Notes under the pieces: generated by a model
Databases searched by the model: none
Told to the model about the DNA's origin: nothing
What the model saw: only the letters and a program-made list of their open reading frames with translations
Program-made: the position numbers and the translations under genes
Assembly (NCBI RefSeq): GCF_000011465.1
Contig: NC_005072.1
Coordinates: 270,001 to 302,000 of the forward strand
DNA: 32,000 bases
Source of the DNA: Prochlorococcus marinus subsp. pastoris str. CCMP1986
Lineage (GTDB): Bacteria; Cyanobacteriota; Cyanobacteriia; PCC-6307; Cyanobiaceae
Reading direction: 5' to 3'
Part shown: positions 26,460-32,000 of the stretch, in pieces
How positions within the stretch are numbered: position 1 is the stretch's first letter
Layout: every line of letters starts with the position of its first letter

Positions 26460-26465
26460 TTTATA
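26460..26465 (-). promoter_or_regulatory. Candidate -10 box (TATAAA) for tRNA-Phe
   Basis: The minus strand reads GAGTATAAAAGTTAGA-GCCGGG. The hexamer ends 7 nt before tRNA position 1. No convincing -35 element. Confidence 0.3.
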
Positions 26466-26546
26466 CTCTAAATTAAGATGTGTAGTTTGTGAAACCCATT
26501 TATTAAATTTTTATATCTTGATTAAAGATTTAATGATTGAAAAGTA

Positions 26547-27776
26547 TTATTTTGCATTAATTGCTAATAAAGCAGTCCCAAATGAAGTCGTTTTTTTACA
26601 TGAAATTATTGGGATATTAATAATCCGTTCTCTTATTGCTCTCCATTGAGGATTTTTTGAGCCCCCACCAGTAGTAACAATTCTTTTTGGAAGTGAACCT
26701 GTCAGCTCATATAGTTTTTCCCAACCTTTTAATTCAATTCTTGCTAACCCCTCGAACAATGCATGTAAAAAAAGTGAGTCGCTTACTGGCCTAGGGCTAA
26801 GAATTGGCTCCAAAAAAGGATTATTAACAGGAAATCTCTCACCCCTACTATTAAGTGGCAAAAGATTTAGGGAAGTGTTTTTTGAGGGATTTATTTGTCT
26901 GCTAAGTTCTTTTATTTCTAAATCAGAAAAAAATTGAGATAAAATTCCACAGCCAGCGTTTGATGCCCCTCCACATATCCATTTATTACTTACTCGATGG
27001 GTTGTAATTCCCTTTTCTTTGATCGGGGTCTTATTAATTTTTTTAACTACGATTGTGGTTCCTAAAACTGTTAGACCTTCTTCATCTCCCAATCCTGCAG
27101 CTAAAAAAGCTGCATTGGAATCAGTTGTACCCGAGACTAATAATATTTTCTTATTTAATTTGAATCTTTCCGCTAAGTCAGTATCGATTTGACCCAAGAT
27201 TTTTCCACTTTTAATTATTAAAGGTAAGCATTTTTGCCATGAAGTTTTGAGATAGCTTTTTGGCCAAGATTCTTTTATTAGACTCCAACCAAGTTTAATA
27301 TTATTGCCTTCTTCTCCATAGGTCCAATCTTTCAAAAACCAGCCTGTTATCAAGTCAGATTGATGTCTTAAAATAATATTTTCCCCAAATTTATCTATTA
27401 GTTTTAATGCTTTAGCCAAACTACTGTATGGGGTTTGTAAATGATCTTCTCCAACCGTTATGGATTCAATAAGTATTTTGTTTTCATTGCATGCTTGGTC
27501 GTAAGGTATAGCTTCCCCTATCGGATCCCCTCTTAAAGTACAAGCCGTTAAAGTTCCAGAAGTACCGGAGATTGCTAAATTAACAATATTTTTTTTAATA
27601 TCTAGAGGTAAATTATCTAGAAGTTTTTCACAAGAATTAATCCAAGAGTTGGGATTTTTAAAGCCATATTGATATGAAACTGAATTCGTATATTTTAATT
27701 CCTTTTTAAAATTAATTATGGATATTCTTGCGCCACTAGTCCCAAAATCTAAGCCTCCAAAAAAATCATCTGGCAT
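26547..27776 (-). CDS. FGGY-family carbohydrate kinase (D-ribulokinase/xylulokinase-like)
   Basis: N-terminal phosphate-1 motif GGLDFGTSGARIS, internal GTTDSNAAFLAAG and C-terminal TTGGGSKNPQWRAIRERI. Starts 6 nt after the metK stop. Confidence 0.85.
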   Translation of the reverse strand: MPDDFFGGLDFGTSGARISIINFKKELKYTNSVSYQYGFKNPNSWINSCEKLLDNLPLDIKKNIVNLAISGTSGTLTACTLRGDPIGEAIPYDQACNENKILIESITVGEDHLQTPYSSLAKALKLIDKFGENIILRHQSDLITGWFLKDWTYGEEGNNIKLGWSLIKESWPKSYLKTSWQKCLPLIIKSGKILGQIDTDLAERFKLNKKILLVSGTTDSNAAFLAAGLGDEEGLTVLGTTIVVKKINKTPIKEKGITTHRVSNKWICGGASNAGCGILSQFFSDLEIKELSRQINPSKNTSLNLLPLNSRGERFPVNNPFLEPILSPRPVSDSLFLHALFEGLARIELKGWEKLYELTGSLPKRIVTTGGGSKNPQWRAIRERIINIPIISCKKTTSFGTALLAINAK

Positions 27777-27782
27777 AAATAA

Positions 27783-29024
27783 TTATAAAAGTATTTTTGA
27801 GGCCTCTACTAATTGGGCTGATTTTTCTTCAACACGTTCCCAAGGAAGATTTAGATCATTTCTACCAAAGTGTCCATAAGATGCAGTTTTTCTGAAAAAT
27901 TCCCCACCCATTTTTTTGGGAAGATTTCTTAGATCAAACTCTTTTATTATTGCTGCAGGCCTTAAATCAAAGTTGTTTTTAATTAGTTCTTTCAAATTAT
28001 CTTGAGAAATAATACCAGTACCAAATGTTTCAACAAGAATTGAAATTGGTTTGGCAACTCCAATGGCATAACTTAATTGTACTTCTGCTTTTTTTGCTAA
28101 TTTTGCTTTCACGATACTTTTAGCGACATAACGTGCAGCATATGCAGCTGACCTATCAACTTTAGTAGGATCTTTACCAGAGAATGCCCCCCCTCCATGC
28201 CTTGCATATCCTCCATAAGTATCTACAATAATTTTTCTACCAGTAAGTCCCGCATCTCCTTGAGGTCCCCCTACTACAAATTTACCTGTGGGGTTTACCA
28301 GGAATCTGGTCTTTTGATTTGATGGTTTGATTTCTAAATCTTCTGTTGCTGGCAATACAACATTGATCCATAAATCTTCTTTTATCTTTTGACGAATTTC
28401 TTCTTCATTTGTAATTCCATCAATCTCAGCAGTATGTTGAGTTGAAATTAAAATGGTGTTTATTGAAACTGGGACACCTTTTTTATAATCAATACTTACT
28501 TGAGTTTTTCCATCAGGTAGAAGATAATCAAGAACTTTCTCATGTCTTACTTTTGCAAGTTGTATTGCTAATCTGTGTGCCAAGCTTATTGGTAATGGCA
28601 TTAATTCAGGTGTTTCATCACATGCATAGCCAAACATTATCCCCTGATCACCAGCCCCAGTATTATTTTCCAAGTCCTCATTAATATCATCTGCTTCATT
28701 TACTCCTTGGGAAATATCAGGTGATTGCTCGTCAAGAGCTACTAAAACGGCGCAGCTATTTGAGTCAAAACCTCCAGCTTTTGAACCTTCATATCCAATT
28801 TCTTTAATTACTTTTCTGACAAGTTTTATATAATCTAGCTTTGCTCTAGAAGTTATTTCACCTGTAAGTAAGCAAAGACCTGTATTGACTACTGTTTCGC
28901 AAGCAACTCTACTTTCTGGGTCTTCACTCAATAAAGCATCTAAAACAGCGTCACTGATTTGATCACATATCTTGTCTGGATGACCCTCCGTAACAGATTC
29001 AGAAGTAAAAATAAAATCACTCAT
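27783..29024 (-). CDS. metK: S-adenosylmethionine synthetase
   Basis: [57 protein letters not shown] and [19 protein letters not shown] are canonical MAT motifs. Confidence 0.97.
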   Translation of the reverse strand: MSDFIFTSESVTEGHPDKICDQISDAVLDALLSEDPESRVACETVVNTGLCLLTGEITSRAKLDYIKLVRKVIKEIGYEGSKAGGFDSNSCAVLVALDEQSPDISQGVNEADDINEDLENNTGAGDQGIMFGYACDETPELMPLPISLAHRLAIQLAKVRHEKVLDYLLPDGKTQVSIDYKKGVPVSINTILISTQHTAEIDGITNEEEIRQKIKEDLWINVVLPATEDLEIKPSNQKTRFLVNPTGKFVVGGPQGDAGLTGRKIIVDTYGGYARHGGGAFSGKDPTKVDRSAAYAARYVAKSIVKAKLAKKAEVQLSYAIGVAKPISILVETFGTGIISQDNLKELIKNNFDLRPAAIIKEFDLRNLPKKMGGEFFRKTASYGHFGRNDLNLPWERVEEKSAQLVEASKILL

Positions 29025-29158
29025 TTATTAATAATTTAGGAATAAACTAATCCTAAATTAAATCGTAAATATTAATCAATAGTTATTAACTTGAAATTAC
29101 AATAATTTTTCTAATCTAAAATTTGTTTATTAGTTTTTAATAAATTAAAAATAAGAGT

Positions 29159-30250
29159 TTATACGCTTTCTGCAATCTCTACTGTCTGCTCTTCATTCTC
29201 ATCAGTTTGCTCAAGTAACATTTGCTTATACTTTGCAGCCATTTCTTCAGCTTTATTAAAAACTTTTTGTGGGTCAGTTAGCATATCGCCTGGTTCTGGT
29301 TCTAGAGCTTTGGTTGATAAAGAGATTCTACCTCTCTCGGAATCTAAGTCTATTATCATTACTTTCATCTGATCATTAACATTTAAAACATTATGAGGTG
29401 TTTCAATATGTTCATGACTAATTTCAGAAATATGTAGAAGACCACTCACACCACCTATATCAATAAAAGCTCCATAAGGTTTTATTCCCTTTACAGAACC
29501 TATAACAACTTCTCCGACTTCAAGTCTATTCATTTTTTTCTCAACTAAAGCTCTTCTATGACTTAAAACTAATCTATTTCTTTCTTCATCCACCTCAAGA
29601 AATTTTAAAGGTAAATATTCTCCTTCCAAATCTTCTTTTATTTTTCTAGCACTAATATGAGATCCAGGGATAAAGCCTCTCAGTCCTTCAACTCTGACTA
29701 AAGCCCCTCCCCTGTTTGTGGCAAAAACCTCGGAATATATAGTTGCATCTTCTTTTTGTAATTGTCTTACTCTTTCCCATGCTCTTTGATATTCTATCCT
29801 TCTAATAGATAAAGCTAATTGCCCATCTTCATTCTCCTCACTCATTATAAAAAATTCTCTACTTTCTGAAGGTTGTAAAACATCACTTAGTCCTTCAACT
29901 CTATTTATAGAAACTTCTTGCATAGGCATAAAAGCTGCAGTTTTAGCTCCTATATCTATCATTGCTCCTTTAGGCTCTAAAGCAAAAACTGTACCTTTTA
30001 CAAGATCTCCTGGTTTGAAATTATAATCATACTTTCCTAATAATGATGCAAACTCTTCTTGAGTAAATCCTGCTGTATCCAAATCATTATTTCGTCTGCT
30101 TGAAGAAGAATCTGCAGAGGGAATATCTTTATGGTCAAATGATAAATCTTCCTCTTTTGGAGTATCTGAAGTATTTTCTTCTATGGTTGAATTTTCAATT
30201 TCTTTTTCGTCTGAAATTTCTTTTACGATTTGGGAAGGATTTTCGATCAT
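29159..30250 (-). CDS. rpsA: 30S ribosomal protein S1 (cyanobacterial three-S1-domain type)
   Basis: FASLLGKYDYNFKPGDLVKGTV, RGGALVRVEGLRGFIPGSHIS, LKFLEVDEERNRLVLSHRRA and KPYGAFIDIGGVSGLLHISEISHEHI. Preceded by an acidic/Ser-rich N-terminal segment of about 58 aa. Confidence 0.93.
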   Translation of the reverse strand: MIENPSQIVKEISDEKEIENSTIEENTSDTPKEEDLSFDHKDIPSADSSSSRRNNDLDTAGFTQEEFASLLGKYDYNFKPGDLVKGTVFALEPKGAMIDIGAKTAAFMPMQEVSINRVEGLSDVLQPSESREFFIMSEENEDGQLALSIRRIEYQRAWERVRQLQKEDATIYSEVFATNRGGALVRVEGLRGFIPGSHISARKIKEDLEGEYLPLKFLEVDEERNRLVLSHRRALVEKKMNRLEVGEVVIGSVKGIKPYGAFIDIGGVSGLLHISEISHEHIETPHNVLNVNDQMKVMIIDLDSERGRISLSTKALEPEPGDMLTDPQKVFNKAEEMAAKYKQMLLEQTDENEEQTVEIAESV

Positions 30251-30357
30251 TTGTTAAAACGCAGACCACCTAAGATGGTTAGAAAGAAATGCTTTTAGCC
30301 TGCAAACTAAAGAGCAAATTATTTGTACGTTATATTCTACACTTTAGAAGGCTAAAT

Positions 30358-30837
30358 TTATAAAATTGAAGCTAATTCATTTTTTGAACTACCTTTTAGG
30401 GACTCAAGAGTGGAGACAAAGTCTTTTACCCCATTAAATTTCCTATAGACTGATGCATATCTTATATATGCAACTTCGTTTTCTTTCCTTAAGCCTTTAA
30501 GAATTAATTCTCCAATTTGAGAAGATTTAATATCTTTATTTGAGTCTTGTACGATTTGCGATTCAATTGAGTCAACAAAATTAATAATCGATTCTCTCGA
30601 AAATGTTGTTTTTTCGCATGCTCTAGATATTCCAGTAACTAATTTATCTTTATTAAATAATTCTCTGCTCCCATCTTTTTTAATAACAGAAATTGGCATT
30701 GTTTCAACTCTTTCATATGTGGTAAATCTAAAGCTGCAATTTAAACACTCTCTTCTTCTTCTGACACTTTTCCCAGTATCAGCAGATCTTGACTCTAAAA
30801 CTCTGCTATCTGTATTTTGACAGGTGGGACACTGCAT
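30358..30837 (-). CDS. nrdR: Transcriptional repressor NrdR
   Basis: Zinc ribbon [18 protein letters not shown]...[16 protein letters not shown] followed by an ATP-cone ([16 protein letters not shown]...AYIRYASVY). Start moved to ATG 30837; the 54 upstream codons of the track ORF run through the psbT terminator. Confidence 0.92.
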   Translation of the reverse strand: MQCPTCQNTDSRVLESRSADTGKSVRRRRECLNCSFRFTTYERVETMPISVIKKDGSRELFNKDKLVTGISRACEKTTFSRESIINFVDSIESQIVQDSNKDIKSSQIGELILKGLRKENEVAYIRYASVYRKFNGVKDFVSTLESLKGSSKNELASIL

Positions 30838-30900
30838 ATAGTGAATTAATACTATCTTCAACTCTAATAGTAGATTAATATCACGATTATGAAAAGTGGT

Positions 30901-30937
30901 AAAAAAAACCCCCCTATTTATAGGAGGGTTTTTTTTT
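30901..30937 (-). terminator. Rho-independent terminator downstream of psbB-psbT
   Basis: The plus strand reads A8-CCCCCCTA-TTTA-TAGGAGGG-T9. On the minus-strand RNA the 8-bp G/C-rich stem has a G-U pair where the plus strand has a C-A mismatch, and it is followed by U8. It begins 4 nt after the psbT stop. Confidence 0.85.
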
Positions 30938-30940
30938 ACT

Positions 30941-31039
30941 TTATTTTCTGTCAAATTTAGGTGGATCTCTAAAAGCGACTGCAAAAAATAGAGTAACAAC
31001 TGCGAGAGTTAAGATAAGAACGTAAGCAAAAGCTTCCAT
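30941..31039 (-). CDS. psbT: Photosystem II protein T
   Basis: Not in the ORF track (32 codons). Manual translation gives [32 protein letters not shown]-stop, matching the PsbT consensus (MEA..Y.......L..LFFAI.FR.PP). Starts 24 nt downstream of the psbB stop. Confidence 0.93.
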   Translation of the reverse strand: MEAFAYVLILTLAVVTLFFAVAFRDPPKFDRK

Positions 31040-31063
31040 GAGAAAAAAATAATAAAGTTTAAA

Positions 31064-32000
31064 TTAAACCCTTCCTGGGATTCGTCTAGTGGTTTCGTCT
31101 CCAAGTTTCTTAAAGAGACCAAATTCAACTTGATCACCTATCTCAGAGTCAATACCAGCAAAGGAGTCTTTGTAAAGTGTTCTCGAAGCATGCCACCAAT
31201 GACCAAATAAGAATAATAAGCCGAAACATAAATGTGCATAAGTAAACCAAGCTCTAGGGGAACTTCGGAATACACCATCAGATTTATAAGTTTCTCTATC
31301 AAACTTGAATGCTTCGCCAAGTTGTGCTTTCCTAGCTAATCTTTTAACTACAGCAGGATCTGTGAATGTTTGACCATTAAGATCACCTCCATAAATAGTC
31401 GCTGTGATGCCAGTTTGTTCAAATGAATACTTTGCTTCAGCCCTTCTAAATGGGATGTCAGCTCTCACATTCCCTTCCTTGTCTTCCAAAATAACAGGGA
31501 AGTTTTCAAAGAAGTTTGGAATTCTTCTAACTTCTAAATCATTGCCCTCTTTATCAGTAAAGGCAATATGACCTTGCCAGCCTGTTGGTAAACCATCTCC
31601 ATTTACAAGAGCACCAACCCTAAACAATCCTCCTTTAGCAGGGCTGTTCCCTACATAATCGTAGAATGCAAGCTTTTCTGGAATTGAAGCATATGCTTCT
31701 TCCTTAGTTGCTCCATTATCAATAGCTGTTTGAACTCTCCTGTTTATTTCAGTTTTGAAGTAACCTGAGTCCCATTGATATCTTGTTGGTCCAAACAATT
31801 CAATAGGAGTGGTGGCAGAGCCGTACCACATTGTTCCTGCGACAACAAAAGATACAAATAGAACAGCGGCAAGAGCACTAGCTAATACTCCTTCCAAACT
31901 TCCAAGCTTAAGGGCTCTATAAAGCCTTTCTCCAGGTCTATTTGTGATGTGAAATATTCCACCAATAATACCCAAAAGGCCAGCTGCAATATGATTTGCA
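31064..32000 (-). CDS. psbB: Photosystem II CP47 chlorophyll-binding protein, C-terminal ~312 codons; the 5' end lies beyond the window
   Basis: The frame stays open to the window edge: 31976-31999 reads ANHIAAGL, joining [25 protein letters not shown]. Also [25 protein letters not shown] and [20 protein letters not shown], both CP47 hallmarks. The track's start at 31975 is an internal TTG (Leu). Confidence 0.95.
   Translation of the reverse strand, partial: ANHIAAGLLGIIGGIFHITNRPGERLYRALKLGSLEGVLASALAAVLFVSFVVAGTMWYGSATTPIELFGPTRYQWDSGYFKTEINRRVQTAIDNGATKEEAYASIPEKLAFYDYVGNSPAKGGLFRVGALVNGDGLPTGWQGHIAFTDKEGNDLEVRRIPNFFENFPVILEDKEGNVRADIPFRRAEAKYSFEQTGITATIYGGDLNGQTFTDPAVVKRLARKAQLGEAFKFDRETYKSDGVFRSSPRAWFTYAHLCFGLLFLFGHWWHASRTLYKDSFAGIDSEIGDQVEFGLFKKLGDETTRRIPGRV

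Noticed and set aside
26323-26546. tRNA-Phe as a genomic-island integration site
   Set aside because: No integrase or phage-like gene flanks it. I did not spot a duplicated copy of the tRNA 3' half nearby, and the neighbouring genes have the same composition as the rest of the window.
29025-29158. Possible SAM riboswitch in the metK leader
   Set aside because: The spacer is short and almost entirely A/T. I could not recognise any SAM-I/II/V-like conserved core or pseudoknot, only the simple hairpin reported separately.
30077-30250. Acidic/Ser-rich N-terminal extension of about 58 aa on ribosomal protein S1
   Set aside because: Probably a lineage-specific low-complexity tail. There is no internal alternative ATG, but also nothing that suggests a separate function or feature.
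30838-30999. Long N-terminal extension of the nrdR track ORF, and similar 5' extensions of fabI (2568-2648), the thioredoxin-like gene (2518-2673), the yvcK-like gene (10993-11100), mtnP (17446-17469) and selD (17431-17454)
   Set aside because: The extensions run through a terminator hairpin or overlap divergent genes, and they have no counterpart in the protein families. Internal ATGs give family-typical N-termini.
1518-31320. Other short track ORFs embedded antisense or out of frame in well-supported genes: 1518-1703, 3014-3199, 5268-5492, 5918-6133, 6320-6520, 6879-7100, 7787-7972, 8288-8482, 10048-10236, 11804-11998, 13380-13634, 16642-16836, 17876-18163, 18740-19015, 21850-22047, 28442-28684, 31138-31320
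   Set aside because: Each is fully contained in a longer ORF with strong family motifs. Their sequences are Leu/Phe/Lys/Ile-rich, as expected from reading AT-rich coding DNA in the wrong frame, and there is no independent support.
1-32000. Searched by eye for CRISPR-like spaced repeats, IS/transposase genes, long tandem or direct repeats, NtcA-type GTA-N8-TAC sites in intergenic spacers, and toxin-antitoxin-sized gene pairs
   Set aside because: None were found. All gaps longer than 50 bp are accounted for as promoter or leader regions, and the largest unexplained spacer is 225 bp.

Overview
This is a strongly AT-rich (roughly 30% G+C by eye), very tightly packed cyanobacterial chromosome segment. 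Gene content and order fit the core genome of a high-light-adapted Prochlorococcus marinus: ndhC-K-J, rubA-ycf48-psbEFLJ, psbB-psbT, chlD, metK, rpsA, and an orphan degenerate cpeB next to cpeS. I call 37 protein-coding genes. psbF, psbL, psbT and a 59-codon ORF were recovered by hand because the ORF track omits or mis-frames them. A carotenoid oxygenase and psbB are truncated by the window edges. I also call one tRNA-Phe(GAA) and two convincing intrinsic terminators. I see no transposase, integrase, CRISPR array, toxin-antitoxin pair, recognisable defence gene or compositional island. The window looks like ordinary housekeeping DNA, so I do not claim a new system. Items most worth a second look: (1) the relic phycoerythrin locus, with cpeB keeping only the Cys-82 bilin site, a 3'-overlapping cpeS with a TTG start, and an unlisted 59-codon ORF overlapping that start; (2) a 722-aa fusion of an NDH-2-like flavoprotein domain to selenophosphate synthetase, placed head-to-head 9 bp from mtnP; (3) a folK-NUDIX-photolyase string with an ATGA overlap; (4) a membrane-anchored YvcK/CofD-like protein; (5) convergent genes that repeatedly abut or overlap with no terminators. 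All functional calls rest on motif recognition by eye, and no database search was possible.
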